Shown: positions 39,020 to 51,206, numbered from the stretch's first letter. The stretch is DNA of 64,000 bases from an uncultured delta proteobacterium (GCA_963771465.1 CAVYTU010000015.1:192001-256000), one strand, 5' to 3'. The notes: a model not told the origin generated them from the letters alone. Numbers and translations: made by a program.

Positions 39020-39376
39020 GTGAATATGGTACTTCCCAAAGAGGGATCTCTGCTGCGGATTTTTATCGGCGAGAGCGACAAACACGAAGGTATGGCTCTT
39101 TACGAATGGATCGTACGGAAAGCAAGGGAACGGGGACTGGCTGGAGCAACAGTTCTACGGGGCCTAGAAGGGTTTGGTGCACATAGCCGAATTCACACAG
39201 CGAAGATTCTACGTTTATCGACTGATCTCCCGATCGTTGTCGAGATCGTTGACAGCCTAGAAAATATCGAAGCGTTTCTTCCCGCAGTCGATGACGCTAT
39301 TCGAGAGGGATTGGCGACCCTGGAGAGAGTCCAAATTCGTTTCTACAGAAGTGGCACAGAGCAGACCGGTGTTTAA
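39020..39376 (+). CDS. DUF190 PII-like protein
   Basis: LLRIFIGESDK, GLAGATVLRGLEGFG, LSTDLPIVVEIVD; usual crcB neighbour. Confidence 0.92.
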   Translation: MNMVLPKEGSLLRIFIGESDKHEGMALYEWIVRKARERGLAGATVLRGLEGFGAHSRIHTAKILRLSTDLPIVVEIVDSLENIEAFLPAVDDAIREGLATLERVQIRFYRSGTEQTGV

Positions 39377-39441
39377 CGTGCATCCCACCATTGAAATCGC
39401 CAAAGTGAGAGGGAACGGACAATCCGCCAACGGCGGCAGCA

Positions 39442-40757
39442 TCAGCGGCGAAGCGGAATCAGCAGCAAACCGATAGTCGCCAGGACTGCGAGCGCGGCTC
39501 CGAAGAGAAACGGCGCGGCGGGACCGTACCAGTCCCACAAAAGTCCTGCGATAACGCTCGCCGGTAATGCCGCCACACCCAAGGCGGCGTTGAAAATGCC
39601 ATAGGCCGTGCCGCGAAGGCGCTCGGACACTAAGTCGGCTACCACTGCGCTGGAGGCGCCGAGAAAGGCGCCGTAGTAAAGGCCGTACCCTGCATAAAGA
39701 ACCCATATGTGCCAACGTTCCGACGCGAAGGCAAAGCCGAGATAGATCACTGCATAGATCAGCCAGCCGGCAATTATTAATCCGCGCCTGCCAAAAGTAT
39801 CAGAAAGCGTGCCTCCCTTTGTCGAGGTCAGAGCGACGACTAAGCTGAATGCGGCGACGACCAGAAATATTTCAATGGTGGAAAACCCCACTGTCTGGGC
39901 TCGGAGCATCAGGAAAGCATCGCTCGAGTTGCCGAGCATGAATAAAGTCAGGACGGCAATGAAAGCCCAGAACCGGCCGTCCATTTCAGACCAGATCAAA
40001 GCCGGAGAGCTTTTGGTGGGAGCCTCTGGGTCGTTCCTCCACCCACCAGGCCATCACACCGATCGCCGCCAAACCAGGCAACACCGCAAGAAGCACAAGC
40101 CATTCGATAACTCTCTCGCGTAAGGGTGAGCGTGTCTTGCTGCGTCAGGTAAAGCACGGCGGCAGCCACGATAAGGCCGAGAAAGCCGCCGGTTTTGTCC
40201 ATCGCTTTGTTAAAACCAAATGCCCGGCCGCGTAACTCCGGCGGTGTGATGTCGGCGATCAAAGCATCGCGCGGCGCCGAGCGGATGCCTTTACCGATCC
40301 GATCGAGAAAACGCACGGCAAGCACGAGGCTCCAGGATGTGGCGAGGAAGAGAAGCGGTTTGGTAAGGTTGGAAAAACCATAACCCCACAGGGCCAAGGC
40401 TTTCTTACGGCCGGTGCGGTCGGCAAGGTATCCTGAGGCAAGTTTCAGAAGACTCGCGGTGCTCTCAGCAATTCCCTCGATGAGGCCGATGATTCCGATC
40501 CTGACGCCCAAAACGTTGGCGAGAAAAAGCGGCAACGTGCGTACGGCAACTTCACTGGAGAAATCGTTGAGCAGCGAAACCACGCCTAACGCGCGTACCG
40601 TAGGGTCAAGCGGCACTACTTTTAAGTGATCATCGTGCGCTGTTACGGTTTCTGACACGGCTTCAGATATATAAGATCTGTCACGGCATGAGAAGCACCT
40701 CGATGAGTAATGGTTCAGTTTGACTCGAATTTGCGCGCACGATTGATCACCGCCCAA
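39442..40757 (-). pseudogene. MFS transporter, frameshifted
   Basis: GVVSLLNDFSSE, DRIGKGIRSAPRDALIAD, GNSSDAFL, RGTAYGIFN in two fragments; true start probably near 40640. Confidence 0.82.
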
Positions 40758-40853
40758 TGCGACCGATCACTGAGTGGCATAGCGAAGATGGGTGGCAGTT
40801 CGTCTTCAATCCAGGCGATTCAAGAACGCGGGATAAAGGAAATGAAATAAGGC

Positions 40854-41252
40854 TTAGAACTCCCCAAGCTGTTTTCTGACAATGCATTCATTACAAATCG
40901 CGGAATTATCCGGCGGGACTTGGGTCGAGACGTAATCGTTCATTGGCCACTGAGAGCAAGCCGAGAAGCGGTGCCAAGTATCACCAGTCTTGGTTTTTCG
41001 ATATTCGCCGCCGATTACCGAAATTAGCGCTTTCTCTATGTAGGGAGCCGCTTGGGGATAGAATTGGTTTGCGCGTTCAAGGATGAGTTTCGCGTCGTCA
41101 ATTTCGCAGAGCATTTCTACAATAGAGGAATTAACCGTGGTCGATCTCTTTGAAGTTGTCAGGACGGTATAACCACGTGTTGATAACGGGAACCTACCCA
41201 GAAAATCTTTATAGATGTCTAACGGCATTTTTACGAGTACAACCATAACCAA
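40854..41252 (-). CDS. hypothetical protein with C-terminal His/Cys motif
   Basis: DTWHRFSACSQWP...ICNEC. Confidence 0.55.
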   Translation of the reverse strand: MVMVVLVKMPLDIYKDFLGRFPLSTRGYTVLTTSKRSTTVNSSIVEMLCEIDDAKLILERANQFYPQAAPYIEKALISVIGGEYRKTKTGDTWHRFSACSQWPMNDYVSTQVPPDNSAICNECIVRKQLGEF

Positions 41253-41643
41253 AACTTATAGCAGCGAATCAATCTTTTAGCGATCTTGGCGGTATCTGCT
41301 AGCGAATAACTAAAGCAGATGCGATAAGTCCAAGTGGCTAATTTCTTCGATGGGCCGTTTCAAATGGAAAGCGAGAAGCTGGCCTACTAGCTTGCAGAAA
41401 GAGTGATTCGTCAAACATCAAAGAACCGAGCTAGCGCTCGCCATCGTAGTCTATGACCAGAAAACACCTGCTCGATACCATAGGATTAAAATGCACAGAG
41501 GTAGAATGGGCGACTTCGCCCATCTCCAGCTTTGAATATTCGACGGTCATGCGGCCAAGAGCGAGGAGGTGATCATCTTTTGTTTCCATTGTAGTTTACC
41601 GACTGATTAGTAGAACAAGTTTGCCCACGCGAATTTCAATCGG

Positions 41644-42424
41644 TTATTTTTCAAACGTAACCATCCCCAGCTTAGCCTTTCGATAACCTGACACCATAAT
41701 TCCAACCAGCTCCTCAATTTTAAATATATTCTCCTCCGGTATGTAGAGGTCGGTGCTTTTCTTCAGAATTCCCTGCTGTCCAGAATCACTATGAGGTATA
41801 AATGGGACGAAAAATTCCAGCAGATAGCCGTTCACCATAAATATAAAAGACACATAGCGACTTCGAACGCGCGTTATCGGAGAAATGATTAATTGCTCCA
41901 GGTGCCTAGCAGTAAACCCGCCGTGTTGCTCGGGAGTTGGATCACAGAGGCGTATTATTTTGCAACCAAGCTTGAATGCACCTAGCAGCTTGCCGGAAAA
42001 CAGTGAACGTCTAGCCTCTTCCGCCGATGGGCCAGGAAGAGCGACCTTCGCGAAGACGTCAAGATCGGAAACACCGGCCCGCCAAAGCAACGATGTAACG
42101 AATAATTTAAACGTTGCGTAATTTAAGTTCTTCAGCGTAATACCGCGGCCATGATTATCCTCTACTCCAGTAGGCGTTCCTCGTCGCAGAATTTCGAGAC
42201 CGTATTTTTCATAGCCAGAGATAATGCCTTCGCAGTCACCACAAAGAAGATATTGCCACCAACTTTCGATGCTGTGCTCGACGGGTGTATTCTTTAAATC
42301 ATCGAAGCTAACGAGCTTTCCAGAAGCTTCGTCGCTTTATCCTACGAAACAAGGCGTTGGGAAGGATATGTGAACGCCGCAATTCTGCGGGCTTACGACC
42401 GAGGGCAGATGTGCTTTTGTCCAT
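41644..42424 (-). pseudogene. HNH-like hypothetical protein, AT-rich, frameshifted
   Basis: Manual translation upstream of the ORF track entry gives LRRSHILP...YLLCGDCE, continuing into 41644-42090; frameshift near 42320. Confidence 0.55.
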
Positions 42425-42455
42425 GGACAAGCAAGACTTAGTTCTTCGCACCATG

Positions 42456-45400
42456 CTATCGAGGCGCTTCCTTCATTGCATTGACGATGGCGATCGTCCG
42501 CACACTCACCGTCGTCACGCGCATCAGCAAGTCAATTACTTTCTCTTTGTAATCGGCGAAGCGGTAGGTGTTGAACTTCTCGCGGATGGTTGGGTCTTTG
42601 GGTTTCTTTTCTTTGTACTGGTCGAGAATCCATTCGAGCGCGGAGCGGTTGCCGAGTCTGTAATCCCAAGCTTCGGGCGGGATGCCGGTTAGTGTCGTTT
42701 CGCTGTCGACAATGATCCGGCCGCCGTCTTTGTCGGCTTTCAGAATGCACTTTGGCGGGAGCCCGGCTTTGCGCGCTTTCTCGTCTGGCTACGTCGATTC
42801 GCTTGAGCTTGGCCGGCGCCACCGACTCGTAGCCGATGTGCAGGTCCATCAACTCCTTGCCCCACTCCGACCATCGCCAGAAGTCTTTGTAGAACGGAAT
42901 ACGCGGAAACTCTCGCTTGAGATTGAGCGCGTACTTTTCACGATAAATCGGATCGTGCAGCACCCCGTACACGTAGTGGAAAATCGCTTCTTTGGTGATC
43001 GTACTGCTTTTCTTGCTCCGATCAGGTTCATAGTGTTTTCGAAACTGGTCGAGAGCCCAATCGGTGATGTTATCTAACGGTCGTCACCGTTTTGCAATCG
43101 ATAGCGGCAACGACATTCAAGCTGTCCAGCAGCTCGCGCAACGAAATGTGCAAATCGGCAGACGATCGACAGCGCCAACCGTGAAAGGCTGTCTTGGGAG
43201 CCTGGTCAGCGAAGACAATAGCCACGTTCTTGGATCCAGACCGGAAACAAAGAACGATTAGCTGGTAGGAACGGTGAGTGATAAATGGAGCGATAGTAAG
43301 TAAATCGTGTTACAAAACGGTCGATACACTGGCTCACGATGCATTCGGCGTCGAACACGAGCGGCGTGTACCGCGTGCGCAAGTGTGTCTCGAGTTCACT
43401 GTGTCCACTTGATGATCGGTTCACAAAATCCGCAGTTGCCGTTTTCCAGCGGACTTCCACCGTTAGCTTCGGCTTCATATGTTTTACAGAAGTAACGTTA
43501 ATTTTCGTTGCAAGAGACTTCTCGCGTGTATCGTCATAAACCCATTCGTCGCGGTTGGTTACGACACCCGAGCGAGAACAGCTTGAAGATAGCCTTCTCC
43601 TGGCCGTGCTTCTTGGCTCGCTTTGGTTTCTTTGTCGCGATTGGGAGCAGCGAATCGAAATCGTTCTGCGTGAGATTGATCCAATTGTGTTTTGTGTCTG
43701 GTCGGATCTCATCGAAGCTCGATGCTCACGCAGCTTTGCATTGATCCAAGAAACGCAAGCTTTTCTTCCGCAGTCTCGAATTCTGGTCGGCGCGCGTAAA
43801 AAATGCGGCAGCCCTTGAGCTTTGGTGCGCTTAACCATGAAGCTGATCGCGACTCCGGTCTGAATGCCGAAGACATTGTGCTTAGTGCCCGAGAGCTTTG
43901 GGTTCGTCTCGCACGTCGCCGCCAAGATCAACATATCCAGATTTCGTTGAACTCATCTAGCAACCACCTTTGCGGAAGCCGTCAAAGTTACGGCTTATCA
44001 ATGAAGCTGCGGTTGGTAATGAAGCGTTAGATATGCCGTTTTCGTCAAGCCGATCGCTGGCCCAGCGAAAGAAGCGCGCGTACATATCGTAGAGTTTTGT
44101 TTTCTGGGCGGTGCTCTCTCTCGATGTAGGTTTCCTTAATCCGCTTGTCGATCTCCGGATACGATCTCGGTTTTTGTTGTTCTCGTTCTCGTTGAGCTGA
44201 TTAGCGTTGTACGGCGGGTTGCCGATGATCACGCTGATCTTTCGGCTATTCTGGCGGCGTAATGCGCACGGACGTTGTCGTCGCTCACCGAGCCAAACAA
44301 ATCGTCCATGTGACCGCGGTACTTGCGCAGCGCGTAGGTGTTGTCGAGCGTGTCGACGAAGCAGAGGTTTGGATATTCGAGATATTCGCCGGCGATCGCG
44401 GCGTAGGTCGCTTCGATATTCAGGTTGGCGACGTAGTACGGCAGGATCGCGACCTCGTTGGCGTGCAGTTCTTCGAGATATTTGTGCTTGAGCTTAGCCG
44501 GCTGGCCGCGGAAGTGTTCCAGCATCTCGCAGATAAACGTGCCGGTGCCGCTGGCGGGGTCGAGGATTTCTACGTCTTTGTCGATGAGATTGCGGCCGAA
44601 GTGCTTTTCGCAAAGATAGTCGGCGCTCTCGATCATGAAGCGCACGATCTCGTTCGGCGTGTAGATAACGCCGAGACGGTCGGCGGCTTTGGGATTGTAG
44701 ACCTTGTAGAAGTTCTCGTAGATGACTTTCAGAAACGTTTGCTTCTCGTGGTGCGTGCCGATCTGCGCGGCGGCGGCGCGGATGGCGGCGTAGTAGGGCG
44801 CCATGCCCTTCAGCGTTTGGTATTTGGTATCGCCCTTGAAGAAAGTCGCCTCCAGCTTGTAAAGCTCGCGGGCGACGTTGTTATCCTAATGAAACGGCGT
44901 GCCGGGAAAGACGGCGGTGAAAACGTCCTCGGTGAGAATGTGCTGGATCAGCATCTCGCGCACGTCGGCTTCGGTGAGGCTCGGATTGATCGCCTCCTGG
45001 GCGTGCTTGAGAAACTCTTCCGCCGCTTTTCTGAAATCCGGCTCGCGCTTGTGAGCGCGCTCGATCATCGAGCGCAGCGCTTCCAGCACCATCGGCAGGT
45101 CGGTCTTGAACTGCTCGACCGCTTTGCGAAACTCGGTAATCTCGGTGCGCTCGTAGTCGAAGAAGAGATTGAGTAACTTTTCCAGGTCTTTGACGTCATC
45201 GACCGCGCAACGGTAAACCTCGTGCTTTCTCCTGAACTAAAACCGCTCGGTTGAATCCTCGAAGATGATGTTGTCCTGCGGATAGCCGCGGCGTTTCTTG
45301 AGCTCGATCTCGGCGTCGAGATCGTCCTTTTCGTCCTTGGCCTCCCAGTAGCCGAAAGGCACGCGTAGCTTATGAACCAGCGCGCCGTCGACGTAGCGGC

Positions 45401-45578
45401 GATCTTTGGCGGGCGTGGCGATCTCGTATTCGGGGACGAAGATCAGATCGCGCGAGCGCGCCCAGCCCTTGAGGAGGTCTTTGAAGGCTTCGCGGACGAC
45501 GGATTCGCGGTGCGTTCCCGAAACCTTGCGTAGGTCTTGGAGCTGGTTCAGGTATTGTTGAATGAGAACTTGGCTCAT
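42456..45578 (-). pseudogene. single-chain N6-adenine methyltransferase/endonuclease with Type ISP-like C-terminal specificity domain, no helicase; multiply frameshifted
   Basis: N-terminal DG...GYWEAKD nuclease, GVIYTPNEIV, ILDPASGTGTF, IIGNPPY, HNVFGIQTGVAI, GVVTNRDEWVY, YGVLHDPIYREKYA..LKREFPRIP. Confidence 0.85.
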
Positions 45579-45680
45579 TGGCGAGGGATTATAGCGGCAA
45601 TTGTCTTAATATCCTATTTCTTTTTCTGCATGTATTCCGCCTTAATCGATGCCCCCCGCGTAGTAGCGAAAACTCAAGCC

Positions 45681-47697
45681 TCACGCCGCCGGCTGCGGCG
45701 AAACATTCTGACTGCCAAACACTCGGATCGGCAAAATCATCATGTCCCGGCCGGCGAATTGCAGCTTTTGCTGCAAAGTAAACGGGGTATGGTTATGCAA
45801 AAGGCGGGTAAAAAGATTTTCTTCCTGGAATACCAGCTTGCCACTGAAAAAAATCGAGCGCGGAAACTCTTTGGCCACCGCTTCGCAGAGCTGTTCGAGC
45901 TCTTCGATCAGATCGACCCCTAACTCGTACCGGTACTCGGCATACCAACCGAGACAGGTTGCGAAATCGACATAGCTCTTGAGATCTTCTTCTTTTTTCC
46001 GTTTGAGATTTTCAATTTCCGCGTGGCCTTTGAACTGGCCGGTATCGATGACCCCGACGGATATGAAAATAATGTTGCGAAAGTGATTGGGAAACAGCCG
46101 TTGGATATTGAGCAACGTATGGATGCCGATACCGTCGAAATCGCGCACGATGAGCACCGCGGTGGGAGCGTTGGCATTTTTTGCCGGTGCGGCGGCCTTG
46201 AGGTCCGGCTGGAATGGAATTCCCGAGAAGCGTGTCATCAAGGCTTTTAAGCGCCAACTTAACCCGATCGTAATGCCAACGCACCGCCTGGCAAATCAAA
46301 ACGAAGACGAGCGTGACTATGATAGTCACCCAACCGCCTTCGGCAAATTTGGTCGTGACCGTCACGACAAAGAATCGTACTGGTGGAGAGTAAACCCAGA
46401 CCGTTAACGGCGAGTTTAAGTTTCCACGGCTCAGCAGTTCTTCGCACCTCCCACCAGTGGCGGCACATGCCCAGCTGAGACAGGGTAAAGGTCAGAAAAA
46501 CGTTGATGCTGTACATGACCACGAGGAGCTTCACTGCTCCATGGCTATAAATAAGAAACGCGAGCGAAGCGATGCCCATGAACCAGACGCCGTTGCGGGT
46601 TACCAATTGATCGCTCAAGTGGGACAAACGATGCGGCGCCCAGGAGTCGAGAGACATATTCGACAACACTCGGGGACCGTCGAGAAAGCCGGCCTGTGCC
46701 GCCACGATCAACAGCGCCGCTTCGGTAATCAAAGTGACGATCACCAACGTTGCCGTGGTCGTTGAATCGCCGCCAAAAAACGCGCCATAGATCGTTGCAA
46801 ATAAACTCGCGTTGAGCGTTTTTCCGGGCTCATGCATGACCCGATTGAGCAAATAGCAAAGCAAAATGCCGCCGGCCGTAAAGGCCAGCGAAGTCGCCAT
46901 GTAAAGCATGGTCTTCTTACCGGTCACCACTCGCGGCTCGCGTAAGATCTGCAGGCCGTTGCTGACCGCCTCGATGCCGGTATAAGTGCCGCCGCCCAAG
47001 CTATAAGCGTGGAGCAGAATCGCCATCGTGGCGAGCAGGCCAAGCCCGGTGTACATCGCGGTTAACTTCTTGGTACGAGTTCGCAACCAGCGCCGGCATG
47101 TCCGCCGCGTGCGGCACCACGCCCATCGTGATCACGACGATGTGCATGACGATGAACAGCAAGAAAATCGGCAACAGAAATATCACCGACTCTCTGACGC
47201 CGCGCAGGTTGAGAAAAATCAGGCCAAAAATCAGCAGGACTTCGAAAATAAGTTTGTACGGCTGCCACCCGCCGGGCAGAAAACTAAACAATGCATCGGC
47301 GCTGCTGGCGATGGAGATCGTGATCGTCAACATGTAATCGACGACCAGCGCCGAGCCCGACACCAATCCGGCGCGCGCGCCGAGCAATTTGGTTGCCACC
47401 AAGTAGCCGCCGCCACCGGTCGGGAAGAGTTCGATAATCTGCGAATAGCTCGCGGAGATAATAAAAACCGTAACGGCCGTCAGAATTGCCAGCGGCAAAG
47501 CGAGATAAAAATGTTGCCCCAGCGCGAGATACGCTTCTTCCGGACCATAAGCCGAGGAGCTCAAGCCGTCGGCGCCAAGCCCAACCCAGGCGAGAAACGC
47601 GACTAGAGAAATCTGGTGAAACACTTTCGGATCGAGAGGATCCTTCGGCTTTCCCAGCAAAATATTTTTAAGTGAAAACTCCTTGTTCTTGATTCAT
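45681..47697 (-). pseudogene. KimA/YdaO-like APC-fold K+ transporter, frameshifted
   Basis: GADGLSSSAYGPEEA, FPTGGGGY, LVVDYMLT, GGGTYTGIEAVSNG and C-terminal RLLHNHT across four fragments. Confidence 0.8.
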
Positions 47698-47896
47698 GGA
47701 TGTCCTTCGAGCGGGATACGAGAACAAAAGAATTGTTCGGGTTAGACAATCATAATAAATAAGGCTGGTCAAAGGATCGAAAAAATGTAAATGAACCGTG
47801 TTCTCAGATCGGTTAGAAAGGAACGGCAGCTGCGAACGAACGGATTGACAAATTTGGCGAGTGTCTAATCTTTTTTAGCACGGGTAGTTTTCGTTC

Positions 47897-48664
47897 TTAA
47901 CGATACATCGCGTGGGGATCGACTTCGTCGCGGATCAAATGCAGCTCTTCACCGCTCGGTGCTGCGGTTTGTTGGATTATCTCGGCCTCCCTTAGAGGCC
48001 AACCCACTTCCGCCTGCACATCCTTCGCCGTAACGCCCGGGTAGAGCTCGCTCAACTGCATTTCGCGCTCAGGGTTGGCAAAGTTCAAAATCGCTTTGTC
48101 GGTGATCACCAGTTCGGGCCCGCCGCCGGGCAAGCCGAGCCGAGCGCGGCTGTCGCCGCCGGTCAAGTGGCCCGGGCTGGTGAGAAAATCGAGCTTGCCG
48201 ACAAACGCACGGCGCTTGAGACGCATGATCATGAACGTGCGTTGCGCGTTGGTGGCGATTTCTAAAGCGCCGCCGCTTCCCGGCAGGCGCGTTTTCGGTT
48301 TTGCATAGTCGCCGATGACGGTGGAGTTTAGATTGCCGTATCGGTCGATCTGGGCGCCGCCGAGGAGTGCGATCTCGACCAGGCCCCTTTGCAAGTACAA
48401 GCCGAACAGATCTGCCATGGAGACCACCGACGTCGCGCCGCTCACTAAAGTTGGATCGCCGATGGAAAGCGGCAGCCGCTCGGGACGGGCACCGTAGACG
48501 CCGGATTCGTAGATCAACTCCAAGTCAGGCGCGACCGTGTAGCGCGCGAGGTTGCAGGCGACATTCGGCAGACCGACGCCGACGAAGACCGTGCGCGCTC
48601 CTTTCAACATGCGCGCCGCCACCGCGATCATCATCTCGGAATCGCTGTAGGTGACTTCGCTCAT
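47897..48664 (-). CDS. CoA-transferase subunit B (CatJ/GctB type), probable 3-oxoadipate CoA-transferase
   Basis: FVGVGLP, LIYESG (catalytic Glu), GAQIDRYGNLN, RLPGSGGA; start at ATG 48664. Confidence 0.88.
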   Translation of the reverse strand: MSEVTYSDSEMMIAVAARMLKGARTVFVGVGLPNVACNLARYTVAPDLELIYESGVYGARPERLPLSIGDPTLVSGATSVVSMADLFGLYLQRGLVEIALLGGAQIDRYGNLNSTVIGDYAKPKTRLPGSGGALEIATNAQRTFMIMRLKRRAFVGKLDFLTSPGHLTGGDSRARLGLPGGGPELVITDKAILNFANPEREMQLSELYPGVTAKDVQAEVGWPLREAEIIQQTAAPSGEELHLIRDEVDPHAMYR

Positions 48665-49593
48665 CGATACCTCCCATAGTCGACCGAAGGCGCCAGCAAA
48701 GGCTCGGGCTTGAGCCTGTCGAAATAATCTTGACCGAGTTTCCGCACGTAGGCGGCGTGATTTTCCAGGCCATAAACCCATTCATCGAGCCAGGCCAGGA
48801 CCGCGCCGTGATCCTGAGAAAGCTTGTCCCAGGTAAGATAAGACTCGTTGTCTCGGTCGTAATAACCCTGGACATAAGAGGGATGTGCGCCGTAAGGCTC
48901 GTGCACCACGGCATCGACGATCAGGCCGGGAATCAAGGTGCGGTTGGGATCGGCGCGAATCACGGCTTCATCGACGATTTCTTCCACCACGATGATCACA
49001 TGCTTGGCGGCAAACGCCACTTCTTTTTGCATGCCGAGCAGTCCCCACAATTGGGTGTTGCCGCGCCGGTCCGCGCGCTGCGCGTGCAGAATAGCGACGT
49101 CGGGATTGATTGGCGGCACCACCGCGATCTTGCCGGTGCCGTAGGGATCGTCGATCAATTTGATCAGCGGGTTGACCGCCAGCATTTCCGAGCCGACATA
49201 ACTGCGCAGCGGAAAAAATGGCGCCTGCGACGCCCCAGCCGCATATCGCCCAACCAACCCATAGTGGGAATACTCCTCCCACTCCAGCGGGCAAGGAATG
49301 GATTTTTCCACCGCGCGGCGGATGCAGTAAAGCGAGCCGACACCGGGATTGCCCGTGTAGCTGAAGATCAATTTCCTCGCCGTGCCGGCGGCGATCATCT
49401 GATCGTAGATCAGGTCCGGCGTCATGCGGATCAAAGTGAGATCGCGCCGCTTTTGGCGAATGATCTCGTGGCCTGCCGCGAACGAAATGAATCCGGTGAA
49501 TCCCTCGATCGCCAGCGAGCAGCCGTCGTTGACGTAGTCAGCGATGGCTTCCCGCATGGAGACGAGTTTATCGGCTTTTTGCGAATTGTTCAT
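48661..49593 (-). CDS. CoA-transferase subunit A (CatI/GctA type)
   Basis: EGFT..ISFAAGHEIIRQ, RMTPDLIYDQ, GNPGVGSL, HAQRADRRGN, GAHPSY. Confidence 0.9.
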   Translation of the reverse strand: MNNSQKADKLVSMREAIADYVNDGCSLAIEGFTGFISFAAGHEIIRQKRRDLTLIRMTPDLIYDQMIAAGTARKLIFSYTGNPGVGSLYCIRRAVEKSIPCPLEWEEYSHYGLVGRYAAGASQAPFFPLRSYVGSEMLAVNPLIKLIDDPYGTGKIAVVPPINPDVAILHAQRADRRGNTQLWGLLGMQKEVAFAAKHVIIVVEEIVDEAVIRADPNRTLIPGLIVDAVVHEPYGAHPSYVQGYYDRDNESYLTWDKLSQDHGAVLAWLDEWVYGLENHAAYVRKLGQDYFDRLKPEPLLAPSVDYGRYR

Positions 49594-49614
49594 AACGTCT
49601 TGTGTGAAGTTTTC

Positions 49615-50967
49615 TCAGGACAAAAACTTTTCAGCGCTCTTGAGCACCTGCTCGATAATTTTTTTCGTCTCGCCAAGATAATTTTCCGGCTTTGCCAATG
49701 CTTCCCAATCCACGGTCCCGGCCTTAACCGAATCGCCAGCGAGATTCCTAACGACTTCGATGAGCGGTTGGTTTTCGCTTAACGCGATAGCGCACGCCTG
49801 CTTTACCAATTCCTCCGCCTGCGCCCGCGTCATCGCTTTGGCCAAAGCAAACACCGCCGCCTCGGCGAGGATGACGTCGTGAGCGCGCTTAATATTCGAC
49901 AACATCGCCGCACCATCGACTTGTAGATTCTGCGCCAGATACGCGGCGTGTTTGAGCGCGCCGCCGGTGAGCATGATCATCTGCGGCAAGGTCAGCCATT
50001 CCACCTGCCAGCCATGGGTCGCGCGCTCGTGTTCTTGAATCTGCGCGTTGTGCAATGCCGCCAGCAATGACGCGTTCATTCGCGCCACCGCGACGATCAA
50101 CTCACTGGTAATTGGATTGGACTTCTGCGGCATCGTGCTGCTACCGCCGCGCCCAGCTTCACCTGACTCGCCGATTTCGCCGACTTCAGTCTGAGCCATG
50201 AGAATAATATCCTGCGCCATCTTGCCGAGTGAGCCGGTGACGAGACTCAGCCAGCCGGCGAACTCAACCAAACTATCGCGCTGCCCATGCCACGGCATCG
50301 CCGGTAAGCCCAAGTCCAATTCCTTGGCAAATTCGCTTGTCACGGCCAAACCTTTATCACCAAGCGCGGCCAATGTGCCCGCGGCGCCGCCGAACTGCGC
50401 GACCAGCAAACGGCGCTCGATTTCGTCTAGCCGCTCGCGATGACGAATTAGCGGCGCCAACCAACCCGCGACTTTTAGACCGAATGTAATCGGCAAAGCC
50501 TGTTGGCCATGCGTCCGTCCGGCAAGCACGGTGGCGCGATGTTTATCGGCGAGCACGCTCAAGTCGCGAGCGATCGCGCCGATGCGCTCGCGCATCAGCT
50601 TAATCGTCGCGCGCCACTGCAACACGCACGCCGTGTCCATGATGTCCTGCGTCGTCGCACCCCAGTGAACGAACGGCGCGGCATCGGCACTGACTTGTTT
50701 ACGCAGCTCTTGAACCAAAGCGATGATCGGAAAACCGGAGCGAATCGTGCCGCTAGTGAGCGCCGCGATGTCGACGCGATCCGCCGTTACTTTGCCGATG
50801 GCATCTGCCGCGCTTGCCGGAATCACGCCGACTCTCGCCTCTGCCCGCGCCAGCGCGACTTCCACTTCGACTAACGCGTTAACGAATGCCGCGTCGCTGA
50901 GTAAGTTCGAAACTTCCTCGTCGTTGAACAGCGGTGCAAAAATAGCCGAATCCAGAGGCGTAGTCAT
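49615..50967 (-). CDS. pcaB: 3-carboxy-cis,cis-muconate cycloisomerase
   Basis: VHWGATTQDIMDT, QFGGAAGTLAALG, GSSTMPQKSNP; pca context. Confidence 0.93.
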   Translation of the reverse strand: MTTPLDSAIFAPLFNDEEVSNLLSDAAFVNALVEVEVALARAEARVGVIPASAADAIGKVTADRVDIAALTSGTIRSGFPIIALVQELRKQVSADAAPFVHWGATTQDIMDTACVLQWRATIKLMRERIGAIARDLSVLADKHRATVLAGRTHGQQALPITFGLKVAGWLAPLIRHRERLDEIERRLLVAQFGGAAGTLAALGDKGLAVTSEFAKELDLGLPAMPWHGQRDSLVEFAGWLSLVTGSLGKMAQDIILMAQTEVGEIGESGEAGRGGSSTMPQKSNPITSELIVAVARMNASLLAALHNAQIQEHERATHGWQVEWLTLPQMIMLTGGALKHAAYLAQNLQVDGAAMLSNIKRAHDVILAEAAVFALAKAMTRAQAEELVKQACAIALSENQPLIEVVRNLAGDSVKAGTVDWEALAKPENYLGETKKIIEQVLKSAEKFLS

Positions 50968-51010
50968 ACTGTTGGTTCGGGCTTATCGACAACTGGTGGC
51001 TGTCCTATTC

Positions 51011-51105
51011 TGTCATTCCGAACGAACGTGAGGAATCTTTCTTCCGTTGCCATGATATCAACCTACCGTATACGAGAAAGATTTCTCCCTTTGGTCGAAA
51101 TGCCA
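51011..51105. repeat. REP-like bipartite palindromic element
   Basis: TGTCATTCCGAACG...GAGGAATCT and AGATTTCTCCC...GGTCGAAATGCCA arms in the pcaG-pcaB spacer. Confidence 0.65.
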
Positions 51106-51206
51106 GAAAGACGGCTCACGAAAGCCACTAACATTACACTGACAAGCGACCCGCCGTTTTCCGAACTCCCTAACTCCACTACTGCAACACTCCAAACATG
51201 CTTTCC

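Noticed and set aside
47755-47800. KdpE-like box or c-di-AMP riboswitch upstream of the KimA-like gene
   Set aside because: Only a weak T-rich TTTACATTTTTT tract; no ydaO-type riboswitch consensus was seen.
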